Below, piece by piece: positions 29,070 through 45,752 of a stretch of 64,000 nucleotides of DNA (positions within the stretch are counted from its first letter, which is position 1; every line of letters begins with the position of its first letter). The translations under genes were made by a program, and so were the position numbers. The DNA is from Eledone cirrhosa (Eukaryota): contig OZ024743.1 of assembly GCA_964016885.1 (NCBI GenBank), positions 27,280,001 through 27,344,000 of the forward strand, read 5' to 3'. The notes under the pieces were generated by a model. It did no database searches. It saw only the letters and a program-made list of their open reading frames with translations, and was not told the DNA's origin.

Positions 29070-29735
29070 GTTTGTAGTACTTTTCCCAGACCTGAAACCA
29101 AACTACATCCCGTCTAATTTGAATCTTTCTCTAATTAATTGCGCCATAACTCTTTCCATCACTTTCATGAGTTGGTCCATTAGCTTTATTCCTTTATAGT
29201 TCCTCTCTGTGGCATCACTTTTGCCTTGCAGCAATTTACGATTGTACTGCTGCGCCAGTCATTGGGTATGGCAAAGTCCTGAATTACCTGATTGACTATC
29301 TGGGTTACTAGTTTGACTCCTTCTTCTTCCGATGGTTTTAGCATCTCCGTTACTATCTCTGATGGTCCTGCAACTTTACCATTTTTCATCTCTTTGATTG
29401 CTTCCTTATCCCTATAACTGTCAACTCTAATGACTGGCCCTTCTGGTAGGTGGGTTGAGGGTAGTTTCTCTTCATTCAATTCATTCTCTACATTCATCAG
29501 TCTCTCATAGTAGCATTTCCAGGCCTTTATCCTTTGAGCATCGCTGGTGCTAAACACCCAGTGTCAATTCTAACACACTTTACCCCAACAACATCACGAT
29601 TCACATTGACACACTTGCTTGCAATGTGGAACTCTTCGCGTCTTTGATCGTCACGTCTCAGGACGTTGGTAAACTTTCTTTCTTCAGCCTCACTCTCGCC
29701 GAGCTGTGTATACTTGTAGGCTAGCTTCTTTCTAT
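29070..29735 (-). pseudogene. RTE-clade LINE ORF fragment (linker plus start of RT)
   Basis: WKCYYERLMN..EAIKEMKNGKVAGPSEIVTEMLK..IPNDWRSSTIV..YRGIKLMDQLMKVMERV..FGFRSGKSTT; contains frameshifts and stops. Confidence 0.88.
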
Positions 29736-30233
29736 ACATATTACTGATGTCGCGTAAAAGGAAAAGTAAATTAATTCCAGTGATGTTTGAATATTTGAAA
29801 TTTATCAGACGAAGGAAACAATGAAAAAATTGTTTTTGTTTCATTGCTGATACAATCTATCAGAAAAAAATATTTTGCTAAAAAATAATAACATGCGCGC
29901 GATCATAACGTCATATGATCGAGTCTAGGCCACGCTTCTTCATGATTAGCAACTTAGAACGAAATCAAGTCTCACATTTACCTCGACGGGAGCTTGTTGC
30001 TATGTTACTGTGCTTGATTCCAATTCAGACATTTCTTCGTAATCACAGTACACAATGGAGTAAATTACTATTTTATTACAAAATAATGGTGCAATATATC
30101 TCAATATTTTCTCTTGTATTATAACTTAACGGCTGTTTTCTTTGATGTTTTCATATGTAATTGTGTGGCTACAGTATAACTTCATAGCAATCTGTAGATC
30201 ATTACTGGTCATTGGTGTTCAGACACATACAAA

Positions 30234-30381
<148 letters not shown>

Positions 30382-31009
30382 CACAGATGTGCGTATACAC
30401 GACACACATGTATGTGAATATTTATGTATGTATGGATATATGTCAATGATTTTTTTCAAAATATGTCTTGTTTAATAAATGATAGAAAGAAAGCGTATAT
30501 TACACTAATGTGTCAATATAGAAACAAACGGCCCAGTCTATATTTCACCATCAAATACGATTACTCAATTAATCATATGAATGAAAGTTATTCTGTAAAG
30601 AACTGATAATGTTCGAGTGGTAACTATCAGTAGTTGATTAACTGTCATTGGGAGGTGAAATACTAACACTGTTATCACTTCATTTAGCTTTATGTCGATA
30701 ACTTATAATGTGCAGTTCTCTGTCATAACAGATTACATTGAAGAACTATATCAATAGATTACCAATCTGAGCAGAAATCCTCCCATCTTTCCGCGAGTCT
30801 CTGAAAAGAGATACATATCAGAATCGGTATTGATATTCCAGATATGATAGATATCAATGTCAAATAAAGTTGCTAGGTAGCAAAACTAGTTCCGATTCCC
30901 GTTAGAAGTAATTTCACTTGTTACTTAATATTATGCATTTGAGAAAATCATCTCTGTTATAATATTCAAAATCTCTTCTATAAATTCAAATATTCTCTGA
31001 AATTCAGGT

Positions 31010-31990
31010 ACACGACCAGCAATATAGGAGTGGGAGACAAATCTATTTAAATCGACCCAAGTGTTTAACTGTTACTTGGAAGAATGAATGTTAAGTAAAG
31101 TTGACTTCTGTGTGTTTTGAACGCAGAACTCAAAGAGTCGGAACAAATACATTAAGGTATTTTTCGACCCTTTAATGATTCTACAAATCCACCATTATAT
31201 AAACTATAATAATTGTTTCTACTATTGGCACAAGGCCAGCAATTACACAGTACATTACTGGTACTTTATTTTATCGACCCCGTAAGGATAAAAGGCAAAG
31301 TTAACCTCGGCGGGATTTGAACTCAGAATGGCAAGGGCCGTAACTCTATGCGTCAAAGCATATATAAACTATAATAATGGTTTCTGATTTAGGCACAATG
31401 TCAACAAATTTTGGGGAAGGGAAAGTTGATTAATTCGACCTCAGTGCAATACTGGTACTTCATTTCATCGACCCCGTAAAAATGAAAGACAAAGCTAACC
31501 TCTGAACTCAGAATGTAAAGGGACGTAACTATATGCCACAGCACATTGTCCGACGCTCTACCGATACTGACTTATAACCTTTAATAATGGTTTCTGATTT
31601 AGGCACAAGGCCAGCAAATTGGAGGAGGGGAAAATCGATTAAGTTGACGCCACTGCGTGGCTGGTACTTTATTTTATTGACCCCGTAAGGATGGAAGGCA
31701 GCGCTAACATCGGCAGTATTTGAGCTCAGAACGTAAAGGGACGTAACTATATGCCGCAACACATTGTCCGACGCTCTACTGATACTGCCAATTCACAGTC
31801 CTTATAACCTTTAATAATGGTTTCTACTTTAGGTACAAGACCAGTAATTTGAAGGGGAGCAGAACGTCGATTATATTGACCCCGGGCATTACTGGTGCTT
31901 TATTTTATCTACCCGTAAGGATGAAAGGCAAAGACGTATTATGTGACTCTCTACCGATACTGCCAATCTAGTGACTTTATAACCTTTAAT
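31010..31990 (-). mobile_element. Head-to-tail cluster of about 5 SINE copies
   Basis: SINE tail/core recurs at about 31010, 31211, 31375, 31585 and 31815, joined by a shared ttataacctttaataatgg-like linker. Confidence 0.85.
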
Positions 31991-32279
31991 AATAACAAGA
32001 AATCAATATTATTTCTGATAATGTGGTTCTAATTTATTTTTGAAGCTCTTTTACTTCACGGCGTTTATCAATCTCTTTTGAAATTCATAAACATCACAAC
32101 ATCCTCTTTCTTTCATGGACAATAGAGAGTTTCTGTTAAAACGTACAAGAATGACACTCGTGCCTGTTCCTATCTACGGTCATCTATGCCAGAAACCAAC
32201 TGAAGTAGGATTCGAATCAACAACATCTCAGTTACTAATGCTAAACATCTACCGCTGTACTGCATCCGGCATCTAATAA

Positions 32280-32493
32280 TAGTTTCCTATATAGGCACTA
32301 AGCCAGCAATTTGGGGGAGAGAAAAAGTCGATTAAATCGACCTCAGTGCATGACTGGTACTTTATTTTATAGACGCCGTAAGGATGAAAGCAAAGTTAAC
32401 CTCGGCGGGATCTGAACTCAGATCATAAAGGACCGTAACTCTATACTGAAAAGCATGGCGTCCGTACCCCTACCGAAACTGCCAATCCACCGC
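32280..32493 (-). mobile_element. tRNA-derived SINE
   Basis: Same family as 24961-25143. Confidence 0.88.
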
Positions 32494-33051
32494 CCTCTCT
32501 CTCACCACCCACATACCACCCTTTCTTACTCCCACTACAAGATTTCTGTACAAATAATATTTGGTAAGTCTTCATTTAGATCAATAATTATCAAGTAGAG
32601 CTGAAATTATGAATAGATCCTCTTAAATAAAATACAATTAAATATTAATAAAATACAAATAAAAAATCACTACGTAAAGAACATTCTAGAAATTGCTTTT
32701 ACTTCACCAAAAACCGTTAATTAATTTAAAACCAGAATAAAGAAGGCTTATAGAATAGTTTTCTGTGCGTATTCTTTGATTAATTGAATCTGAGCCTTCC
32801 CTGTATTCTTCGTGTTTTGCTTAACCTTTTTTTTATCAGATCGTCCAGGTTATTTCTGTAATCCTAGTTATTCCAAATTGTAGTTCATTCAGACTTCTCT
32901 CTCTTTCCCCTCTCCCTCACCAACCGCATATCACCCTTTCTTACTCCCACTTCAACATTTTTCTACAATGACTATGAAAATAAAAAGTGATTTGCCTCTC
33001 AAAAGTTCAGCAATAGTTTCATTCTTCTAGTTGTATTAAATATTTTGTCGC

Positions 33052-33142
33052 TTCTTCTTCTTCTTCTTCTTCTTCTTCTTCTTCTTCTTCTTCTTCTTCT
33101 TCTTCTTCTTCTTCTTCTTCTTCTTCTTCTTCTTCTTCTTCT
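33052..33142. repeat. (TTC)n microsatellite
   Basis: Direct reading. Confidence 0.97.
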
Positions 33143-33600
33143 ATAATATTACCTCACCACCATCGCTACACATCCCATCATCCTCAATGTCATCATCATC
33201 ATCATTAAAATCAAAGTTGACTTTAAAAAGATTGTCCAATTAAGAAATCGGTTGCTATTTGTTAATTCTGGTCTTTATTCCTAGTTGAATCGTTATTGGT
33301 TGCATGGAAACCAATGTGGGGCCGAGCAGATTAACCTAAGGTTAGAAAGGCATTACTTAAATCCTTATCCTTTAGTGGTATAATTAATTTAATTGTTTCT
33401 TGCTAAACATACAAACTGTTGGTAATGAGGTTATTGTAGTTGTGCTGGTGGTGGTGATGGTGGAGTGTAAAAGCTGATCTTATCGAGCAGTTGTAGGTGG
33501 TTTGAAGCTGTTGTTGTTGTTGCCGCTGCTACTGACATTGAGTGGTCGTGGTGGTGATACTGATGATGTTGAGGATGATGATCCTGCTGTTGATGATGAT

Positions 33601-33780
33601 AATTGTTTCTACTTTTGGCACAAGGCCAGCAATTACTCAGTACATTACTGGTACTTCATTTTATCGACCCCCATATAGATGAAAGGCAAAGTTAACTTTG
33701 GCGGGATTTGAACTCAGATCGTAAAGGGACGTAACTATGCTGGAAAGCATGCCCGACCCTCTACTGATACTGCCAATTCG
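33601..33780 (-). mobile_element. tRNA-derived SINE
   Basis: Same family. Confidence 0.9.
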
Positions 33781-34382
33781 ACGATGCTGCTGCTGATGGT
33801 GATGATGATGATAATGGTGAGGATAGCTTCTGGAGTAATTGCTAATATTAGTTATGAATATGATGGTGATGTTTGTAGGGATGTCAATGGTGTTATATAG
33901 ATGCTGATGATTATGAAGACGATAATGGTAGCTATAGTACTTTTAACCCTTATCATAACAGATGCCATGAAACCACCCCTGGTTCTATGAAACTACGCTC
34001 TTTATTTTCAAGTGTTTATATTTATCTAAAAACCTTCCATCAACATTATATAAAAGAATCTTTGTTAAATTATGGTTCAAAACCCAGCTTAATAATGAGA
34101 TAATTATTTGTATTTACTAAATCATGGCGAATGCGTGATTATGCAATATGGCAACAAAATGGTTAATGTTGTAATGGATGTGATTATGTTAATGATATTC
34201 TTAAAACGAGTGTAACTATGATAAAAACGTTGAAGCCATGTCCATCGCAAATTTTCTTTTCAGACAATATATCAAGGACGATATCATTTAATATATTCCT
34301 CCATTTTCGGGGGGATAAAATATTATAAATATTATCTTAGTGATTTTAAGCTGCTATTTCCAGAATGTCTAGTGAGATTAAT

Positions 34383-34568
34383 AGTGGTTTCTACTATAGG
34401 TACAAGGCCAGCAATTGTGTGCGTTACTGATACTTTATTTTATCAACACTGTAAGGATGAAAGACAAAGTTAACTTCGGCGGGATTTGAACTCAGAACGT
34501 AAAGGGCCGTAAATAACTGTCGCGAAGTAGGGTGTCCGACGCTCTACTGATACAGCCAATCCACCGCC
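34383..34568 (-). mobile_element. tRNA-derived SINE
   Basis: Same family. Confidence 0.88.
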
Positions 34569-36403
34569 CGCTGGTAGGATTAATAATGATAATTGGGATG
34601 ATTGAAAAAAATGGTATGATAGTGATGTAGCAGATTGTGACGGTTAACGGAGTACTGGGGACCATGAATGAGGTGCGGGTGGTTGGTAATGTTGAATAAT
34701 GGATGTCATTCACAAACAAAGCGTGTACTAAATTGATGTAAAATGTTTTAAATTATTCCAGATTCTTACACCAATACATGAGCTGGAGATCCACATTCAG
34801 CTGGATAAAGCTGTACACATTAATATCTTAACTGGCATAAATATTGTATTTATTGACGGAATGACATCAACTTGATACTGGTATCATGTGACAGAGTATC
34901 ATAATTATCCATAGTCAATATAAACCCCAACCTCTTTGCTGGGTATATGAGCACCCAGTGGCACTGAAAATCAAATCAAAGAGAGGAAAAAGCTTATAGA
35001 AAAGCTAACGATTAACTACTGTCGGAGAAGAGGCCTGTGATTGTAGGTTATCTGCCTATTAAAACACATGTTAATGTACATCGATATCATGGATGATAAT
35101 ATTGTATTGATATCTCTTCGATAATGGATTAAAATAGGAAGTAAAAGAACTGAGATTTGAACACATAATGTTTGCTTACAGAAACAGCGAATAGCTATTC
35201 TAACAATGCTACTACACTATTTAGTAATCTACATAATTCATATTGAAATAATCGGCTAAAAATACAGAATTTCAAATAGAAATTCAGACAAAACAAAATT
35301 AAAAAAATACAATGTCTTATTTCAGTAGTAAACAGTTTCTGGGAAGTAGACTGGACATGAAACTATCAATCAATCAATCCCAGAATAAAAGGAAGCAAAG
35401 AAATGCAATATAAAACAATGCTACCTATTTAACTCTGTGGCTGATTGAGTCAGGAATAGCGGTAGTGATACATAATGGCTGAAATGAATTTTGGTAATTT
35501 GATTCTTCGGTTGTCATTATATATGCCCTTTCGAAAGAGAAGGCTGGGGAAATGACTGCGTAGGTATGGTATGTGGCTATCTGTCTATGGATTGTGATTT
35601 TGAATCCTGTACAAGTTTATCATGCTATGTTGGAAACATCAGGAGATTAATAAATGGATCTTTGTCGATTTCGAGGATGAGTTGTTCGTTCAGCTGATCT
35701 ACAAGTTCATTGAATTCACCTTTATGCGGCTGGCTATCACACTTAAAGTAATCCATAGGCAGAGTTAGCATGATACAGCATGTCGTAATGCTGACATTTG
35801 GAAATATAGGTACAATTCTGATCCATATTTAAGCCATATCATTTCTGTGTTTCTTTCTACAACTTCTAAAATGAGCTGCACCCACGTGAACAATATGTAT
35901 ATATGCTGACTCCCGTGAGCATTCCCGTATTTCCCATTCAATCTCTCATTGCACCACATGACTTTACTATTCTTTAGAACCTCAAATTACACATCAACTA
36001 CACGTGTCTGACCCAGCCTTCTTTGTCCTCTAGTCTAGGATAATATAACAGGGATACGGTGAACGTTTTCCAGTCGGATAAAGGTATATAAAGATATATT
36101 ATAAAGAAGTAAATTTATTGTGAATATTCGCTATATTCTTTTATATTAAATTAAATGAAATTATCGGTAATCGAATTTGTCATTGATAAATTGAATTATA
36201 TGCTGGTCGAGATGTTAGATTGATGATGTGCACTAAATTAGATCAACAAGTTTGAAAAATGCTGATATTGTCAATTTCAGATGATTACAACGTATCAACT
36301 ATTTTTATACTGTCTGAATGACTTACATGAAAATAATTAAGTGGTGTTGATATCGATACTTGATAATTTTTTTGATGTGTAATAAATAAGTTTTATGTGT
36401 GTG

Positions 36404-38120
<1,717 letters not shown>

Positions 38121-38514
38121 ATATTCATTTATTTATCAATTATATATTAGAGGTAAAAAGAATATTATTCTCATCCTATTTCGTGTTGAATTTTTCAATT
38201 TCTTCCTCAAACAAATTCCCGGTTTCCTGTGGATAAAAGCACAGTTTAATATTTAAACGAACCTGCAACTATTTTATCTTTATTTCAAATGTGGAATTTC
38301 AGAAGACGCAGCAATAAGAATCGTTAGAAATCCTAAACCTTTCGAAGTTGAAGGTTTAGTAATATACTCAAATGCGCCAATCTCGCTCCAGCATCAGTTG
38401 TCAATGAATTTTCATTTTATTACTATTGGATGAGATGTTTTATGTACGGGAAGCCTGGTTTTTGTAGCAATATCTTTTTATTCTGTCTTTTATCAGTAAA
38501 TAGATTAGTTCATT

Positions 38515-38558
<44 letters not shown>

Positions 38559-39600
38559 ATATATATACATCTAATCAAGTTCTGTGCTTTTTGAGTTCAA
38601 ATCTAGCCTCATGACGATCGTCTCTTTTCTTTTTACACATGTATTTGCTGCCGAAGCATTTCTAATTTTATTTGAATTGTTGTGGATTAGTATTTGGAAA
38701 GAAAATACGGGGAAATATGTGCTGAGAGTTTTGTGCGAAAACTTTAGTTACGAAGGGGTGAAGTAGATAAATTAAGTAGATTAGGAAGAGGAGCAATACA
38801 CTTGCTCCAAGTAGATATGAGTGGGTAGTTACCAGATTTAAAGACTAGTTTTGGTACGTGTGCACGCTTTCGATATTGATCGAACAAAATCATTATTCAG
38901 CAAAATAAATTTGATTTCCCCCCTTTTATCACCGATCTACCCGAAATCTATTTTTATAATCAATACATGGAAGGTATCCACTGAAAAACAGTAGCTTAAT
39001 ATTAAAGACATTTGCAGATTTAAATAAAATCTTTCGTTTTTATTGTAACTACTTAAGATATCTCTGGTTAAAAACAATTCAACTAGGCTGCATCTTGAAG
39101 GCAATTTCTATCTGTTGTCATAGGAAGACATGATAAGACACCAAACTTATTTTTCAGTATAAAATAATCCTATAAAGATAAAAAGAAGTTTACGATGCGA
39201 GAGATTTAAATTAACTGATATCGGAAGAAATGTTAGAGTGTTCTAATACAGGCACATTAATTATCACGGTGGTTCACATGTGAGGCTAGTATTCAGATAA
39301 AAATGGATTTCCCCATGTTCCATCGTCCACTTTAGATCTCTAAATGTTACTTCAATTTCGAAAATAATAAAAATTCAATACGCCAAGTTTCTTGATGGTT
39401 GTTTTATTTATTAGGTTTCTAAGTTCTTCTTTTGTACAGAAAGAAATGTAAAAATAGAAAATAAAATACAAATCAAATAAATGGAATCGATCAATCTATT
39501 CTTTCGTTAAAGTAAGGTTTCTCTATTGATTTCCAATATCAAATCACTTTGGAAATATGAGTGTAAAACTATAAATGAAATCAAATGTATAGTCAACACA

Positions 39601-39669
<69 letters not shown>

Positions 39670-39703
39670 ATGTATATATATAATTATGTATATGTGTGTG
39701 TAA

Positions 39704-39736
<33 letters not shown>

Positions 39737-39738
39737 CG

Positions 39739-39825
<87 letters not shown>

Positions 39826-39862
39826 GATTATTCATATATATATGTATATATACATACACACC

Positions 39863-39920
<58 letters not shown>

Positions 39921-40111
39921 CATAGAAACATAACGCAAATGCAGATATACACACGCCCATATCTGTACTGTATTACGCAAAATGTAATCTACACATACAC
40001 ACCCACAACAGTCTAGCAAATGCAAATAATTCCAACTGAATGCACACATATAAAACACACTTACACATACATACATTAATACTCATACACATATATTTAT
40101 AAAACATATAT

Positions 40112-40215
<104 letters not shown>

Positions 40216-40629
40216 CATAAACACATGCATTCATGCCCCAAAACACACGCACATATAACTCTTCATAACTTTTGAAACACACACATATAACACATAGTAA
40301 GAACAAATATATTTATACTCACAAATGCATAAACACACTCTCACCCTCACACATATGTTAGACTCCTTATATTTTATATTACCGTTATAATGTAAACATT
40401 ACACATATTCCCACACACATACATATTAGACACATATAGACGCACACATAAAATGAATGAAATACATACGGTGTTCACATACTATTCCAAAGAAAACAAA
40501 TATATGCCTAATATAGTTTGTTTTCCCTTGGAAAAGAAACGAAATTGATTGACTACAATGAATCTCCCTCTATCTAGCACCAAGAGACAATTATCTACAA
40601 ATACGCCATATTGAAGAAAGATGGTACGA

Positions 40630-40660
40630 GAAAAACATAGAGAGAAAGAAGGAGAGAGAC

Positions 40661-40749
<89 letters not shown>

Positions 40750-40904
40750 GATAGAAAAAGAGAGAGAGACAGCCGAGATACAAATAGAGGGACATAGAAA
40801 GAGGCTGGGTGAGAAGATGAAAGAGAAAGAGCGAGAAAGAGAAGAAGAGAGAGAGAGAGGTAGAGAGGTAGAGAGAGAAATAGAAGGCGTGAGAGAGAGA
40901 GAGA

Positions 40905-40947
<43 letters not shown>

Positions 40948-41131
40948 AAATAAACTGTAAACGAGACAAGCATTGAAAACTTTTCGTAGTAGCGTCTTGA
41001 TGCAGCCCAGTGAAGCGTTAAACATGTATTAGTCTCTCTAGAATGTACTTTGTGATACACAATATATTGCAATAGTTACTGAACAATGGGGCATGTCAGA
41101 GCTGTAGAGCATAAAGAGGGAGGGAGAGAGA

Positions 41132-41177
<46 letters not shown>

Positions 41178-41320
41178 CAAATAGTGGGACAGAGAAAGAG
41201 GCTGGGCGAGAAGATGAGAGAGAAAGAGAGAGAAAGAGAGAGAAAGAGAGAGCAAGAAAGAGCAAGAAAGAGATAAAGGTGAGATGGTTGAGAGAGAAAG
41301 AGATAAAGGTGAGATGGTTG
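40630..41320. repeat. (GA)n-rich region with a duplicated ~50-bp block
   Basis: gagatacaaatag.gggaca.agaaagaggctggg.gagaagatga at about 40775 and 41172. Confidence 0.85.
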
Positions 41321-41555
41321 AGTGAATGAGAGAAGAAATGTAGGTTTTGTTGGAAGGGGTGGGTGTAGAAATATAAAGAAATATAAAAAAGTAAATCGTA
41401 GAAAAACCAGCCACAAAAAACAATAAGATACAAGGAAAGTTATAAAAATGGACGAAGTAACAATGTTTTTATTCCTAATTGTAAACTTTTGCTAACATTT
41501 TGGTTCTATGAGAAAGCGTTACAATATACTGTGGATATATAATATTATTAGGGAA

Positions 41556-41743
41556 CTGTGGATTGGCAGTATCGGTAGAGGGTCGGGCGCCATGCATTGC
41601 AGCATAGAGTTACGGCCCTTTATGATATCAGTTCAAATCCCGCCGAGGTTAACTTTGCCTTTCATCCTAACGGGTCGATAAAATAAAGTACCAGTAATAC
41701 ACTGGGATAATTGCTGGCCTTGTGCCAAAAGTAGAAACAATTA
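41556..41743 (+). mobile_element. tRNA-derived SINE
   Basis: Same family, plus strand. Confidence 0.9.
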
Positions 41744-42044
41744 CTAAGGAACTGTCCAATGTGGTGTCAGTTTAATATTTTTGCTACCAACCCATCTGAA
41801 CCGGCCATGGTTCTTTGATATAAACCGCCTATTTTAAAGTGTTCAAACTTATATTTAAATATTCCATCATAATTTTATTTAAGGAATCTTTGAAGTAATT
41901 TTCAAAACACCAGCTTATTGATGAATAAGTTAGTTACTTTATAAATTACTTCAAATTTTGGATTACATTCAAAAGAAATTAAAACACGGTGTATTTCGTT
42001 AGATAACAGAACGGTTACATACATTGCATATGTATGTATGTATA

Positions 42045-42555
42045 TATGTTTATCTCTTTCTCTTAATTTCGAGTATATTTTTGACCGGCCACCTTCCTGG
42101 TGGCAAGGTTGTAAAAGAATAGAAATTGTCATCCCTTGAATCGAAAGAATGTTTTGCAAATTTTGAAGGTACCAGCTATCGCAGCCATTTGTAGACTATG
42201 AATTAGGGAGCTGCGCTCTTTGTCCGCAAATCCAAGTTCAGTCAAGAGCGTTGGTATATAACCGGTAACTCCAATAATTATGGGTATGAAGCTAAAGGTG
42301 TATCTTGGATACTGGATTTGTAAACTCCTCATCAATGGTACCTAGATGTCCTCCTTCTCCTGTATTTTTCTGACAACGTTTACATCAAGTGGGCAGCTGA
42401 TCTCCACAACAGAACACGTTTTCAATGTGTGGTCCCAAACAACAATATCAGGCCGGTTGTGCTTTAATTTTGTGGCAGTTTTTATTTTCAGGTTCCACCA
42501 GTATTCCTTAGTGCCATCTGTCTCAATATATTCTTCCTCGTTTGTTTTTAACTTT
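42045..42555 (-). mobile_element. 5'-truncated R4/Dong-like non-LTR element 3' end (restriction-like endonuclease)
   Basis: YWWNLKIKT..KHNRPDIVVWDHTLKTCSVVEISCPLDVNV..KEDI*..FIPIIIGVTGYIP..LQMAAIAGTFKICKTF (RPD..E motif); one stop. Confidence 0.85.
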
Positions 42556-42589
42556 GTATGTATGTATGTATGAATGTATGAATGTATGT

Positions 42590-42624
<35 letters not shown>

Positions 42625-42672
42625 CATGCATGCATGCATGCATGTATGTATGTATGTATGTATGTATGTATG

Positions 42673-42703
<31 letters not shown>

Positions 42704-42762
42704 GTATGCATGTATGTATCTATGTATGTTTGCATGTATGTATGTATCTATGTATGTATGTG
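42556..42762. repeat. (TATG)n/(TG)n microsatellite
   Basis: Direct reading. Confidence 0.95.
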
Positions 42763-43978
42763 TCATTTAAGTTTGTTTGTGTCCCACAATCTAGGGACTT
42801 CACAAATCCGTGATCGTAAAACCTAGTACCAGACATGAAATAATGCACTCGGGCTGATATCTTTTCAAGCCGGTTACCCGGCACGGCCCTAGTTTAATTC
42901 AAAGAATAAAACAATACCATGAGGTATAATGTTTTGTGAATAGTTTGCATTATAGAAATTATTTCACATTTGGCCGCTGTTCAAATTAACCATAGAGAAA
43001 TGAAAATTATATAGAACATTGATTTCTTACTTGGGCGCAAAGCCACAAATTTATAAAGGAAAAAAGAAGAAAAGAATGAAAACTTATGACCTTCAAAACC
43101 TCGGACAGATTCGTACTCATAATATGAAGAGCCGCAACTAAAAACCATTGGATACACATCACGAGACATTTCACTCGATAACTGTCATCTATAGTCTTTA
43201 TCTTCACAGGACAAGGTGATGAGAAGTGTTAAGTTGCGACGAAAGCAAATAGTGAAATGTAAATTCATAGTACAGACCGTTTCTTAGATACTGCAGGCTG
43301 CATTAATAAGAATGAATATAAGAGAATCAAATTATTGAGGCTAGATGGCTAGGATTTGTTATATAAAAAAGATAAAGAAAATAGACTGCACAATGACAGA
43401 CATAGCATCATTGACTAACAACAGAGAAAGAATAAGAACATTTTGAAATCTAACATGATCTGAAAAAAATAATTGTAAAGTGAAGCACGTAAAAAAGTTG
43501 AAATTGTGGCATTTGTTGTAGACACACTTGGTACAATCATGAAGACATTGAATTATGGTTGAAGATGATTGAGATAAAAATTCCAACACCTCTATAAGAG
43601 AAAACCACGTTATTAGGCATCGTAAAGATCCGAAGGAAGGTGCCCCAAAATTGAGCTAATGGAACATTCTAATGAACCTTCAGTACTTGGTTTATGATTC
43701 GCTCTCTGGTTGTAAATACAACAGACGATTTTCAGCGATATAGAAAATAATTATAAATTCGTCACAATGGCCAAAATATATAACACAAAATGTGTCATAA
43801 AGAGAATTACAAAACGACAGACATATATATATATATACAGGGTGTCGAAACAATTTATACACACTTCAGCACCATTCTAATAGATATTGCCTATACACAT
43901 AATCATATGTATACATGTATATACATCTTTTGGGGACACACTGTATATATATATATATACATTTTTTCACATATATAT

Positions 43979-44345
43979 ATAACAAAGGAATTGTGGTAAG
44001 GAACCAAATGAACCATACGCACCAGAGTACTCGATACTTAGGGTAGTAGAGTGGGAAGTAGGAAAAAGTATTATCCAGACGGCAGAGCTCAAGCCGTTTC
44101 GACGGCTATTTCTGGATGGATATATATTTCTCACTTATATATATATATACATACATATTTATATATATAACGAAGGAAATGTGGTAACGAACCAGGTGGA
44201 ACATAACGCACCAAAGTACTCAATACTTAGGGTAGTAGAGTGGGTAATAGGAACGAGTAGGACCGCGAAAGCTGAGCCGTTTGGACGGCTCATTCTGGAT
44301 AGAATTAGCCGTCGATGTGGCTTGAGCTCAGCCGTCGGGGTCCTA

Positions 44346-44349
<4 letters not shown>
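43979..44349. mobile_element. Two more copies of the 15.3-kb family, opposite orientation
   Basis: aacaaaggaattgtggtaaggaacc...gagctcaagccgtttcgacggct; the second copy folds back. Confidence 0.85.
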
Positions 44350-45377
<1,028 letters not shown>

Positions 45378-45582
45378 CTAAGTGGTTAGAGAATTGGATT
45401 CACAGTCTTGAGGTTGTGCGTTCGATTTCTGAACCGAGCGATGCGTTATTTCCTTGACCCAAGACATATATTTCATGTTGCTACTTGTTCCTGGAGTTGC
45501 GACCGATAGGTAGTACTACCGACGGAAACATTGTTTCCTCGCTCCGATTTGACGAAAGTCGATCGATCCTTTTATCTATATA

Positions 45583-45752
45583 TGGCACAAGGCCAGCAAT
45601 TAACCCCAGTGTATTACTGGTACTTTATTTTATCGACCCCATAAGGATGAAAGGCAAAGTTAACCTCGGCGGGATTTGAACTCTGACCATAAAGGACCGT
45701 AACTCTATGCTGCAAAGCATGGCGTCCAACCCTCTACTGATACTGCCAATCC
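45583..45752 (-). mobile_element. tRNA-derived SINE
   Basis: Same family; a different tRNA-like head (gctaagtggttaga...gttcgattt) lies at about 45378-45480 (+). Confidence 0.88.
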
